A stretch of DNA of 64,000 nt from Cyanidioschyzon merolae. Its lineage: Eukaryota. A program made the position numbers and the translations under genes. Location: assembly GCA_000091205.1 (NCBI GenBank), contig AP006496.2. The stretch is one strand, 5' to 3'. Under the pieces are notes generated by a model. It searched no databases and was not told where the DNA came from. It worked only from the letters and a program-made list of their open reading frames with translations. This document shows, one piece after another, positions 34,965 through 46,203 of this stretch (the stretch's first letter is position 1; the number at the start of each line of letters is the position of its first letter).

Positions 34965-35264
34965 ATGTCAGGTTCGCTATGGAAACAACTGCTTACGCGC
35001 GGTAGCTCCTGGATAGAACCTTCAGCGTCTCCCGAGGCGTGGGAAACGACAGCTGAACTTCGCAGGAAGCTTCTGTACACACACCTAAACGCTTTGCCAG
35101 CTCGTTGGCAGGCCGCACAGAACGAGTTCAGGGCGCTGCTGGACAAGATGCGCGCGAAGCAGGTCACCGTCGAAGAGGCCGGGTGGTTCGGCGTGCGCTG
35201 TGTTGAGCTGTATGCATTCTATTGTTTGGGGGTCGTGATCGGGGCGCGCTCCCTCCAGCCGTGA
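34965..35264 (+). CDS. Candidate mitochondrial F1Fo ATP synthase subunit g (ATP5MG/Atp20-like), about 99 aa
   Basis: The internal ATG of ORF 34824..35264 gives a protein ending ...KQVTVEEAGWFGVRCVELYAFYCLGVVIGARSLQP. This resembles the subunit-g C-terminus (human ...TVKEAVLNGLVATEVLMWFYVGEIIGKRGIIGY, yeast ...YSVGEIIGRRKLVGY) including the GxxIGxR motif. Size is appropriate. Confidence 0.45.
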   Translation: MSGSLWKQLLTRGSSWIEPSASPEAWETTAELRRKLLYTHLNALPARWQAAQNEFRALLDKMRAKQVTVEEAGWFGVRCVELYAFYCLGVVIGARSLQP

Positions 35265-35693
35265 GCACCGGCTGCGCCGGCCCCACGACTGTGCAGCGCT
35301 CTATAGCCTGGGGTCCGTGACACGCACCGTGCCCCGATCAATTTGCTTCTGAGTCTACAGGCGCGAGTATGCGTGCGGAAGGTCTTTTTGATTCAGAGTT
35401 TTACGAGGATGACCTGGGTATGATCATACGAGATAAAGTGTGCAGCGGGTCCTGCGTTGGAGGCCCTCTCATCCACCTGAATCCAGCTTCATGGTGAGCT
35501 CCGGCTCGCGCGGGGCGTTGCCCACAAGCACGCGTGCGCACTTCGTGCATGCCTCTCGGTTAGACGTTGTAAAACAGATCAATACCGCAATGATGGCGTC
35601 CATGATTGTACGCAGCAGAGCGATCATGCCGATGCGCTATCTGCCGCACCAGGAACGTTACCGTTGACGGGGATACGTTGTTCGCATCCTCTA

Positions 35694-36311
35694 TCACGCA
35701 TGTGCCATGCGCCTCCTTGGTGTTTTCGCACCGCCCGGTGTGCGCCTCTCTCGACTAGTGCTGCGCGCACGCTGCGGCCGTTGGAAACGTTTCCTGAGCC
35801 CCTGGTCCAGGCCGAGGAACGCCAGCACCTCCACGAAAACAAAGAGCGGTGCGCTCGCAAACGCCTGAATGAGGTTATCCAGCAGCGCCGGGCGACGTTT
35901 CTCCAGCCATTCATGAGCAGCAAACTGAGCAGACCACCCCAGCAACTGGATGACGAGAAACGCAGACCAAACGACCTGTGCGTCAGGGGCGCGAAGCAGA
36001 AGCGCTCTGCCCGCAAGGTACAGAGGCAGGACCATCACTAGCGCTGCACTTGCTCCCAGAAGCGGCGAAAGCACGATATAATACAGCGCATAGGCTACAG
36101 CGACTATCAGTCCGAGATCGAGCTTCACACCACCGAGCGAAACGCGCCACTGCGCTAGCGCTGCTAGCGCACTGCCAAGCAGCAACGGAACGAACACCAC
36201 GTGGACCAACTGATTGACAGGGTGCGCGTGATATTTTAGATAAAATCCATACTGTTCAGCAAAGTCAAGACTTAAGACTGCTGCTGTATGTCGCTTCCGC
36301 TCCCCCGTCAT
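35694..36311 (-). CDS. DUF962/Mpo1-family membrane protein (yeast YGL010W/Mpo1-like, Fe(II)-dependent 2-hydroxy fatty acid dioxygenase family)
   Basis: FYLKYHAHPVNQLVHVVFVPLLLGSAL (yeast FYKFYHHNPKNVLIHSIFVPTILFS) and WLEKRRPALLDNLIQAFASAPLFVFVEVLAFLGL (yeast FEKRRPALIDNLVQSLVLAPYFIMFEFLFKLG) match the family signatures. Confidence 0.85.
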   Translation of the reverse strand: MTGERKRHTAAVLSLDFAEQYGFYLKYHAHPVNQLVHVVFVPLLLGSALAALAQWRVSLGGVKLDLGLIVAVAYALYYIVLSPLLGASAALVMVLPLYLAGRALLLRAPDAQVVWSAFLVIQLLGWSAQFAAHEWLEKRRPALLDNLIQAFASAPLFVFVEVLAFLGLDQGLRKRFQRPQRARSTSRERRTPGGAKTPRRRMAHA

Positions 36312-36477
36312 GGTTCACGGAACTGTCGTGTGTGCTGTTCTGGAAGTCAACAAGCAGCCGCTTATTCAGAACGTTCCTGGTACGCGAATTGCGCGCAGAG
36401 CGCACTGCACGTGCGCGATCGCAGATTTTTCTCGATTTGCAAAAACTTTTACGTAGACCATGGATCCCAGATTGTGG

Positions 36478-36594
36478 GATGCATTGGCATTGGCATTGGC
36501 ATTGGCATTGGCATTGGCATTGACATTGGCATTGGCATTGGCATTGGCATTGGCATTGACATTGGCATTGGCATTGGCATTGGCATTGACATTC
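36478..36594. repeat. Hexanucleotide minisatellite (GCATTG)n of about 20 units, with GACATTG variants every 5-6 units
   Basis: gcattggcattggcattg...gacattggcattg read directly. Lies about 170 bp upstream of the Mpo1-like start codon. Confidence 0.95.
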
Positions 36595-36730
36595 GGGAAA
36601 GCGTCCATCATGTTGCGACACCCTACTTCCAAGTTCCATGACCCATACTTCCTCTTTGGTATACTGGTCGTTTCGTATGTTCTATCGTGCGCCGAGTACC
36701 TGCTTTGAACCCCAGCACAAGCACCGCTAC

Positions 36731-37066
36731 CGCTGGAACAGATACTGCACGGAGACAGAACGGCTTTGCTATACCGCTGAGGGTATCGGGCTGAGGCGTG
36801 GTTGGCGCGATACCGGGTCGGAGTACACCGTAACTCTGGGATCGCTCGAGCAGAGACTGCACGGAGACAGAACGGCTTTGCTATACCGCTGAGGGTATCG
36901 GGCTGAGGCGTGGTTGCCGCGATACCGGGTCGGAGTACATCGTAACTCTGGGATCGCTCGAGCAGATACTGCACGGAGACAGAACGGCTTTGCTATACCG
37001 CTGAGGGTATCGGGCTGAGGCGTGGTTGCCGCGATACCGGGTCGGATTACACCGTAACTCTGGAAT
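36731..37066. repeat. Tandem array of a unit of about 113 bp, roughly 2.9 copies (unit begins ctgcacggagacagaacggctttgctataccgctgagggtatcgggctgaggcgtggttg...)
   Basis: Period measured between ctgcacgg occurrences at 36744, 36857 and 36969. Units differ by a few substitutions. Overlapping ORF-track proteins show the same repeated peptide in several frames, so the array is probably non-coding. Confidence 0.85.
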
Positions 37067-39039
37067 CCTGCAAGCTGTGCAGAGAGACGTACTGCGGTCG
37101 GTAGCACGTGGCGGCTTCGGTTTGTGTGCCTTGCTGAATGTTAGGTTCAGGATCTTTTGCAACGAGGTGGCGCATCTCGAGGTACGATCGATGCGCACCT
37201 GGTCCTGTCAATGTCACAAACCGCGAATCAGACTTTCGTCAAAGGTTAACAGTTCGCTGACGTGACCCTCAGGGTACCGGGCGTATAGTGTGCGCTCGCG
37301 GAGAGCGCCGCTGAGGATGCTGCGTTGATATACAGCAACTTCACCACGTCCAGGAGAACGTCGGCAGGGAGTCGAGATATTCGATGCGTCTGCTGCAACG
37401 TATGGCACATGACCCTGGATGAACAGCCGTGCATGTGCATCGCATGACTTCTGTGGGGTTTCTTGCGAGATACGTCGATCAGTTGGTCAGAGTCCGGGGC
37501 CACAGCTGTTTCTTCAGATCGATCACAAGTAAAGAATGAGTTCGGTAATACGTCGCCGCTCCGAGGGCGCGATATGCGCATGCCCTGAGTCACGGGGTAT
37601 GGCGGATCGGCGAGAACGTCAGTGCTGCTCGCTTGTACCCTACCAAGCGGAACAAATCGACACAAACGAGCTATTTTGTTGTCATGATACCTCGAAGATC
37701 CGGCAGACGGACCACGAACCTGAAGTGCAGTGTTTCTGCATATGCAACGCAAGAGCGCCAGCGCCGGGTTCCGTGTCCGGAAGATGTGCGCAGCCTCGTT
37801 GAACCCGAACCCAGGTTGTTTTGAGAGCGAACCCCAAGTTGATTTGCAGCAGCCGCAACGATCGTCGCATGCTTCTTGTTCGTTTCTGACCGACGTGACT
37901 GCATCCAGCGCGCGGAGATGAGCAAGTATTCAGGCCTGCCGAGCGTTCGAGGAAAATCCAGAGTCCTAAGCTGCATGGACAAAGCAACTGCATCTGCCAC
38001 GTAGCCACGGCACTGTAGCGTCAACAATTGCGATGCACCGGAGGCTTCTCCGCATGCAATCGCAGGGATCGTGAGCCTTGTTCGCTGCTGTATAGCAGGA
38101 ACTTGATTCAACTCGCAGTCGTGCAGCATCCATCGCATCTCCAAATGCTTTGTTCGCGAGACTTGCGGATATAACGCTCGCTGCGCAGCGTTCTTGAATA
38201 TGATCGCTGACGGCTTCATATGCGGAGCAAAAACCTGCTAGGCACATCTGGGCAAAATTACCGTGACGACGGCATCTCGGCGCCTCGAGCTCCGGATCCG
38301 ACGTACGCCGCTACGGTGCACATGCACGAGATCTCGCTCGCGAAAGTAGTGTGATCCTTTTTTCGTATCATTTGCCACCTAAAATAGCAGTTTGTGATCA
38401 GTCTCGGAGGTTCGGGTCAGATATGAGAGCACGTACACGCTCCGAATAGCACCGTTTCATTGCCTTGGGGATTCCAGCGTCCAGTGCTTCGCCTGGCGTG
38501 CGTCATTGCTGTGACGCTCGAACGCCCAGCGCACCGGCAGACGCACATCGCACCAGTGTGCCGAGCATTCGCGCTGATTCCGGAGACAGATTTATAAACG
38601 GAGCCTTTAAATCGAGTCAACAATCCCCAGTCCTAACTTTCATTGAACAGGCTCCATGCTGTACCTGGTTGTTCATGCAGTGTAAGCGCGTGCTCGAGCG
38701 AACGAGTCATGAAAAGGTCTGGCAGTCGAGCGCATGCCCGTACGCAACAGATGGTGTGCATATGACTCGATGCAGAGCGCACTCGAGCGCATGTCGAGCT
38801 GTGCCCAGCACGCTGTCTATCCCTGGATTCGCGAACGGTACGCTTGAATTACGATCCGTTCAGCTGCAAAAGGCACATACCTCGGACATCCGGTTCTCGA
38901 TAGAGATATCGCAAGCTGGAGATGGTTTGCATGGTGCCGGAGAATGAAATCCGTTCTTATCGCACAGGCATACACCGATGCGCCGTTTCTGCAACATAGC
39001 GTCATACCAGAAAGGCAAAAGCTTCGTGCACAGAGCAGA

Positions 39040-39232
39040 CAAACGACACTGATTGCGCTGCATCGTTGCTAAGAGTGATGCTATGCTATGCGGCGGTATA
39101 CGCCATGACCTGAGCATCTCGTGCGTTTTCTGAGGTATGCACCAAGCAAACAGACGGCACTGTTTGCGCTGCATCCTTACTAAGAGTGATGCTATGCTAT
39201 GCGGCGGTATACGCCATGACCTGATCATCTCT
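39040..39232. repeat. Tandem duplication of a unit of about 112 bp (2 copies)
   Basis: gctgcatcgttgctaagagtgatgctatgctatgcggcggtatacgccatgacctgagcatctc recurs as gctgcatccttactaagagtgatgctatgctatgcggcggtatacgccatgacctgatcatctc. Confidence 0.75.
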
Positions 39233-39308
39233 TGTCTCTGCCTCTGAGGCGCTCGTCACTGTATGCATCCTCAGGAAAATCAACGGGAGCAGGAGCCAGC
39301 CCGCTCGT

Positions 39309-39941
39309 CTATTCGCGTACTTCGATGCAACGACGCGGACGAGGCCGCTCCGGAGGTGCTGGTAAAGGCTCCTGCTCGAGTTCTGGTGCAACCACTATTT
39401 CGTTGGGCTCAGGAACAAGTTCTGCCGGTTGCGATGTTTCCTCTTTCTGTTTGGACTCGTGGCCAAAGCGTTCGCGAAAAAAGCGGACAACATCATCCAT
39501 GCTCTGCCTCAGGTCCTTTCGAAGCGATGACGGGCGTGTATCCTTTGCCCAGGGCACATAGCGACCAAACCCTTGACCAACACCGACACAGCCGAACCCT
39601 ATGCCTACGCCGCAACCCGTGAACGCCCTCGGTGCCTGGATGCCGTAGCGACGCACGCTCTCAAACGACCAACCAAGCGCTAGCAAACAACAGCCGGTGC
39701 CACAGCCGAGAATCGCTACACCGGCCGGAGGCAAAAAAGATGGCAGTTGCACCGCCGCAACTGCAGCGTGCTTCCAAGCGCTCGCACCCGAAAGCCGCCG
39801 CCGTGCACCAGTCCCTGTGCCAAGCGTCCAGCTTGGAGGTGCGTGCGGCTCCACCCAGGTCGACCGAAGCACGCTCGAACCAGCGTCCAACTGGTAGTTC
39901 AAGCTCCTCGCGAAACAGTTAAGTCCACACGCTTGTTCCAT
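39309..39941 (-). CDS. Putative small membrane protein with glycine-zipper (GxxxG-repeat) transmembrane segments and an acidic, Pro-rich C-terminal tail. Family uncertain (Tim17/PRAT-like or Gly-zipper).
   Basis: GVAILGCGTGCCLLALGW and FTGCGVGIGFGCVGVGQGFG hydrophobic Gly-rich segments. The ORF is in the favoured GC3-rich frame. No strong family-specific motif. Confidence 0.3.
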   Translation of the reverse strand: MEQACGLNCFARSLNYQLDAGSSVLRSTWVEPHAPPSWTLGTGTGARRRLSGASAWKHAAVAAVQLPSFLPPAGVAILGCGTGCCLLALGWSFESVRRYGIQAPRAFTGCGVGIGFGCVGVGQGFGRYVPWAKDTRPSSLRKDLRQSMDDVVRFFRERFGHESKQKEETSQPAELVPEPNEIVVAPELEQEPLPAPPERPRPRRCIEVRE

Positions 39942-41171
39942 AAAGGCTTAGACACAGGAGAATAAGTTATTGAAAGCAAAGCCAAGTGCAAAGGTGCTGT
40001 GGCTCTGCACCACCCCGGCATCGGTGCTTCGCGTTCCCGCCAGCACCTGCGCCGGAAGATTCTTCGCATTCGCCGGAGGCTCAGCACCGGCAACCCTTGT
40101 GCGGTACCAGAGCGCAGGCGTCGCTCAGTATAGAGGCGCCACGGCGGATGCTGAAGGTAGACTTTGCGAAACGTAGATCGTACGCAGTGACCAGCATCTC
40201 CGAGATACGTTTGGGTAGATGCTGGTGGTTCCCGGAACGCACACTGCGGAATGATCATGCCATCCCAGATGACGATATCCATCGTGGAATCTAAGATCCC
40301 TGGTGCATGTCACTCTATGCTGTCGATCAGAAACGAATTGCTATCATGGGCTGTAGAACGCGCCCGCACGACACGGGCGATGCCGCACGGTCTTTAGGTA
40401 GCACCCGTTGCCGTTTTGCAGGAGGCTTCTGTGAAACCAAAAGTTACTGCAGGCTCGGTACCCGCGGGGTTCCTGGAACGGGATAGGTTACCGCCCCAGC
40501 AGATGTAGCTCAAGCGGTAGAAGCACGCAGTCACTACAGACAAGACGAGATGCTTGAAAGTTGGAGGTTCACGCGTCCAAGGCGGTCCACTGGGGTACCA
40601 GACATGTGAAATCCGCTGGTGTTGAACCGAATTTGCGGTATCTCGGGGAAGCCCATGTATCCTCCATGTACGCTCATACAATTGGGCGCACGGATAATGC
40701 GATCGTTTCATCGCCATTGCAATATACAAGAAGCGGAGGGAATCTATCATCCGGTATCTTGGTTGCTCACACAGCTCGACACTGAGGTTAGATGCAACAT
40801 GCTCGGATGGTGCGCTTTGCAAAAGCATACCTGCAGCGGGTCTACGTCTCCCTAGATGAACACTGCACTGAAATTGCGGGACAGAAGCGTCCGCTGAACA
40901 TACCCGGTCTATACTTCGACATTTGGCAGCGTTTGCGCTTCCACGCGCGTCTATTTAGGGTCAGTAATCCAGCGTCTTCATCAAATGACGAGATCGGTAA
41001 AGACTACTAACCGCTAGAGCGGTTGTGTCGCATGACCTCATCCCGCGACAATGGATATCGATCCATGATATGGGCACTCATGTCAGAATCAAGTAGAAAA
41101 TGATCCACTTTGGTGAATCAGGTGTCCAGTCTAAAGTTTGGGTCTCGTCCCGCATTCATGAACCATGGCCT

Positions 41172-42437
41172 TTGGGGGCTTTTTTTTCTCGGCGACAGCT
41201 TCCAGTCGTTCTCTTCTTTACATCAAGATCAGTTTTCAGCAGTCGAGGGATGGATGTTGATGGCAGCGTTCAACGCCCGAATTCCCTGCTTTCCGCTACG
41301 TTCTATTCATTGAGCCGACAGACGCTACATGCGATCTACGCTTCGCATACGATACTCTTTTCTTCTGTATACAGCCTCGGTGCGCACGTCGCACCGTTGA
41401 CAAATGAATGCACAGGGGCGCTCCCATGCGCCCACGAGACGCGCTACTTACGGACAGCCGCTTTGTGGCGCTTGGACGTTGGCGTCATCGCCCGTTACAC
41501 ACCCTTGGCGCGATAAACAAGGCTGACCCAGAAATGCCCTCCGCAGTTTCCGCACCCGGTGTTGTGTCGCAGGTGCACGGGCTTGGTCTGTGCGATGCCC
41601 TCAGCGCATGCCCTCTGAACCGCACGCGCAAGAGCAAGCAGCACCACTCGATACAGGGTTTGCGGGACGCTTTCTTCCACGTCTTGAGACCAGTACCAGA
41701 CCGAACATCTAGACTTGAGAGCAGGTCGAGAAAATGCGATCCGTCTACGCCCCCGTTCATGGAAAGCGATGGCGGTCGTACCGCCAAATGCGATCGCATC
41801 GATGACTCAAGCGCGAGTCCAAGACCCTTTGCTGGCAAACAGATGAGCCGCCAGCCCCTGAGTGCATACCCCCTGAGAGGCACCGTGCCGCTGCCGTCGG
41901 ATGCCGAATGACATGTCGTCGACGGCCACCAAGAGCGGAGGGTATGTGTTTCGAGCTGAATCTGTTGCTTGATGAGACAGGTTCAGTGAACTTTCGGCAT
42001 GAGCGTCTGGGAAAGTCTCCAAAGCTGATGTAGAGTTTTTCCCCGTCGTCGTCCATCCAGCGGCGATGCCTGCTGCGCCCTCGTGCTGCCTTGAAGCAGA
42101 ACCATCGAAAACTTGAAGAATTCGGTATCTGAGCGTGCTGCAGGCAAGGAATGTTGAAACGCAGAGTCCGCATCGTATGATTCGGATAGTGCTCCCGTTC
42201 ACGTTACGAAGCGTAGATCGAGGGCGTCGACACTCCCCTTGTACCGTGCACATAACGATTTCCAGCGGCAAGGAGTCGAACGAGCCACTCGGAAAACTCG
42301 ACCGAGAACCCGGATTCAATGAATGCATCTGATAGCGCTCAATGCGGCATATCTACTGCCAACGCTCTACATCTACAAAGCAAGACTGAGAATGCAATCG
42401 CAAGGCAGCAATTGATCGAACGGTTCAGTGCTCCATT
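41172..42437 (+). repeat. Interspersed repeat family 2, copy A (about 1.27 kb)
   Basis: Inverted with respect to copy B. The 167-aa ORF-track protein MHRGAPMRPRDALLTDSRFV... is identical to the minus-strand ORFs of copies B and C. Boundary read at ttgggggcttttttttctcggcgacagc on the left and ...cggttcagtgctccatttttatgg on the right. Confidence 0.9.
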
Positions 42438-44169
42438 TTTATGGTGGCAGGTGTATAGAGTCTAGGATATGGTTTAAGGCGCAATATGGATGACGAAATG
42501 TAACGGATTGTCGCGGCATGAAGAGAAAATTTTAGATGTACGAGTATTCATGAAGCCAAGACTGTACTCATCTGACGAGCCGCTGCAAGCGACACAGTAC
42601 AAGTAACGCTGATCATTTTGACGATAGTGGACATTTTTCTTGTTGTGCATTGTGTACAACCTGGCGCATAAGCAGCGCGCGCTCTCCAGCAGTGGCTCTG
42701 CACCGCGACCGCAACTACCTCGTGTATTACACAATTCCCGCAACAGAGTACGCTCACCATCGACATGATCCGTCTCTAGTTGCGCGCTTACGGCGTTACA
42801 AGTTCCAGCTGGCGGCTATTCTGACACTATCGGGAAGTGCTCTGGTTGCAGACGGAGAACCGGAACCAGCGCGACGAAAGAGCTGCAGTCGAACCGCAAT
42901 TCTCTGATGCAAAGGTTCACAGAATGCTTCGTTCGTGATGCAGCGTGGAGAGAAGCAGTGCGCTCCCTCCATTGCCCCAAGTTCCTTTTCGTGAACTGAC
43001 CCGCAGGCACTACGGGCATCTTCCTGATACCGCCAGTCCGTTTATTGTTGCTGCTCGGGCAACTTGAAGTGCTAGACGGTTTCTGCTAGAAAACCCGCCA
43101 AAAAGCTTGCTATACGGCGTTTACATATGAATCTGCCTAGTAACCCTAGTCGTCCGGCGTTCTCGCTGGCCGAGGAGAACGTTGTCACTTCGGAATGCAG
43201 ATGCTGGCGCGACATCCTCGGCGCGATGCATTGCTGCCCAGAGAGTTCCACAATCGAATTTGTCTGTTTCGTGTCTGCCACAGCATGTGGAATACAAATG
43301 TTTGCCGAACAGAAGATTGAAAGTTCTCCAACAGGTCCGGTCGCTGCAGTGTGCAACGCCTGCGGAGGCGCTCCCGCGTTCGAGGTTATTTATTCAGAGG
43401 GTTTCAGGCACTCACGGTTTAAAAGCATGAACCAGACCCGATCGCACAACGGCTCGTACGATAGCTGTCGCTGTGTCGTCTTCGATACGCCGTGGCGAGG
43501 CACTGGCAAAGCTACCTCTCCATCAGTCCCTGGTGTGGCGCTGAGCTCGTGGCCCCAGGCTCTGAAGGTCTGGGGGCCCTTGGCTTCGCTGCAAGCGCGA
43601 GTTTTCCGTAAACAATGTTCGTAAAACTCTTCCAAAGCCTCACACAGACCACGATTCGATTCGTGCACGCCCATACCGTCAGTGCACCCGGCGTCAGGCG
43701 TGTCGTAAAGGTAACACTGGAGCCCGCTCGTTGCCCTGTTTGGAGGACGCTTGTGTGCTGTGTTGCAACTTGCTCGCCGAGCCACAGTCGTTCGCTAAAC
43801 GCACCAATTACACCATGTTAATCTCAAGTCCGAGTAGAGCACTGTTCGAAACGTCCTCTTTATGCCAGAGTCGAGAATGGCTCTTATTCGCAAACGGTCT
43901 GAAAGAAATAATGCGGCGGGTGTGCGGCGTCGCCCGTGTTCATCGAATATCCTGCATCGAGTTGGTGCTGCCAGGAGGATATTGTCGTGAATATCGATCA
44001 ACATTCATCCAAGACGCATGTACCTCCGGAGGGAAATATGGAGAGTAGTGGTTCGAACTTGAATCTACAGAGCGGTATCATGGATGCTCACGCTGAAACC
44101 GATAACCGTCACAGAATCAGGGCTCCCTGCTTTATGTCAATATTCTTCGACACTACACTGGCGACGGCA

Positions 44170-45443
44170 TAAAAATGGAGCACTGAACCGTTCGATCAAT
44201 TGCTGCCTTGCGATTGCATTCTCAGTCTTGCTTTGTAGATGTAGAGCGTTGGCAGTAGATATGCCGCATTGAGCGCTATCAGATGCATTCATTGAATCCG
44301 GGTTCTCGGTCGAGTTTTCCGAGTGGCTCGTTCGACTCCTTGCCGCTGGAAATCGTTATGTGCACGGTACAAGGGGAGTGTCGACGCCCTCGATCTACGC
44401 TTCGTAACGTGAACGGGAGCACTATCCGAATCATACGATGCGGACTCTGCGTTTCAACATTCCTTGCCTGCAGCACGCTCAGATACCGAATTCTTCAAGT
44501 TTTCGATGGTTCTGCTTCAAGGCAGCACGAGGGCGCAGCAGGCATCGCCGCTGGATGGACGACGACGGGGAAAAACTCTACATCAGCTTTGGAGACTTTC
44601 CCAGACGCTCATGCCGAGAGTTCACTGAACCTGTCTCATCAAGCAACAGATTCAGCTCGAAACACATACCCTCCGCTCTTGGTGGCCGTCGACGACATGT
44701 CATTCGGCATCCGACGGCAGCGGCACGGTGCCTCTCAGGGGGTATGCACTCAGGGGCTGGCGGCTCATCTGTTTGCCAGCAAAGGGTCTTGGACTCGCGC
44801 TTGAGTCATCGATGCGATCGCATTTGGCGGTACGACCGCCATCGCTTTCCATGAACGGGGGCGTAGACGGATCGCATTTTCTCGACCTGCTCTCAAGTCT
44901 AGATGTTCGGTCTGGTACTGGTCTCAAGACGTGGAAGAAAGCGTCCCGCAAACCCTGTATCGAGTGGTGCTGCTTGCTCTTGCGCGTGCGGTTCAGAGGG
45001 CATGCGCTGAGGGCATCGCACAGACCAAGCCCGTGCACCTGCGACACAACACCGGGTGCGGAAACGGCGGAGGGCATTTCTGGGTCAGCCTTGTTTATCG
45101 CGCCAAGGGTGTGTAACGGGCGATGACGCCAGCGTCCAAGCGCCACAAAGCGGCTGTCCGTAAGTAGCGCGTCTCGTGGGCGCATGGGAGCGCCCCTGTG
45201 CATTCATTTGTCAACGGTGCGACGTGCGCACCGAGGCTGTATACAGAAGAAAAGAGTATCGTATGCGAAGCGTAGATCGCATGTAGCGTCTGTCGGCTCA
45301 ATGAATAGAACGTAGCGGAAAGCAGGGAATTCGGGCGTTGAACGCTGCCATCAACATCCATCCCTCGACTGCTGAAAACTGATCTTGAAGTAAAGAAGAG
45401 AACGGCTGGAAGCTGTCGCCGAGAAAAAAAAGCCCCCCAATAG
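44170..45443 (-). repeat. Interspersed repeat family 2, copy B. It is the inverted partner of A (spacer 42438..44169) and the direct partner of C.
   Basis: The reverse complement of A's right end (cataaaaatggagcactgaaccgttcgatcaattgc...) begins at 44170. It ends at ...gctgtcgccgagaaaaaaaagcccccc at 45443. Confidence 0.9.
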
Positions 45444-46203
45444 CTTGGCCTGATCACAATGGATATCCATCCTCCCTTTATCGTTTACGCCTGTATTAGC
45501 AGAGTCGACTTTTTTGAGTCAATGCTAAGATGAATCTTGTACATGTGCCAGACTTTACAAAGTGCATCTGTTCCATTTCTTGCTGATACGGGCACAACAG
45601 AAACAGCGTCCATGTCCAGCCATTATTCGTAAATTCACCATTGTTCAAGGCTACACACTGTGAAAGTGATGCCAATCAGAGCAATCCACAAGCGCTCGAT
45701 GCTCACATCACTGCACGTCTATACATCTATATTCTGTACAAAGAGCGCCACCCGATCCAGTCCGTTCGGTCTCAGCGTCCGCATCAGCACCCAACACAAT
45801 GCCGCTGGAGCTTCCTGCGAGCTGGATCCGCTCCGTTCACCAGTGCGAAACTGCGTCTAGCATGCACCACTTCTATGTAGTCGCGTGTTATGATGCACGC
45901 GAGCGCTGCGTATGCATCCCGGAATACAAAGCGCGCATCCATGGCCAGCCGCGCACCTAGGAAATCACGAGAGCATCGGTGCCGCATCATCATCATCATC
46001 ATCATCACGAGAACAACAATAACAACAAGTACGAGGCGGGTGCGTTTTCGCCAGCATTTCGAGGTTGTGTCGCCTGTGCTGTGCACTTGGATCGCGCGCT
46101 TGCCTTGCACTCCATGGATAGATGATGACCGATACACCCTTTTGTGCAAGTACTACTCGAATATCGATACCAGGGTGCCTTCTGCGCAGACTCGCGAGCG
46201 TGG

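Noticed and set aside
34824-35264. Full 146-aa ORF as the ATP-synthase-g-like gene product
   Set aside because: Homology begins only after the internal Met at 34965. The upstream 47 codons overlap a (GC)n tract and have no similarity.
36731-37066. 113-bp tandem unit as a 5S rRNA, snRNA, spliced-leader RNA or box C/D snoRNA gene array
   Set aside because: The unit length is suggestive, but I found no 5S box A/C motifs, no Sm site, no known SL exon sequences and no C (RUGAUGA) or D (CUGA near the 3' end) box pair on either strand. I kept it as an unexplained tandem repeat.
40501-40590. tRNA-like A-box string (tagctcaagcggtagaagc) in the intergenic region near 40.5 kb
   Set aside because: No matching T-arm or B-box (GGTTCGANTCC) follows at the right distance. 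The D-stem does not pair and the acceptor stem cannot be closed. Probably a chance match or a badly decayed tRNA relic.
41408-41911. Conserved 167-aa, 173-aa and 138-aa ORFs inside repeat family 2, and the 163-aa, 138-aa and 134-aa ORFs inside family 1, as a possible novel multi-copy protein family
   Set aside because: Overlapping ORFs occur in several frames on both strands of the same DNA. The few differences between copies are mostly non-synonymous (for example A/T, L/H, G/A, T/I, P/L in the 167-aa ORF). There is no recognisable domain. This is consistent with non-coding repeat DNA.
44318-44345. B-box-like motif (ggctcgttcgactcc) inside repeat family 2, suggesting a tRNA-derived SINE origin
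   Set aside because: No upstream A box or cloverleaf can be drawn. A 1.1-1.27 kb length is far above SINE size.
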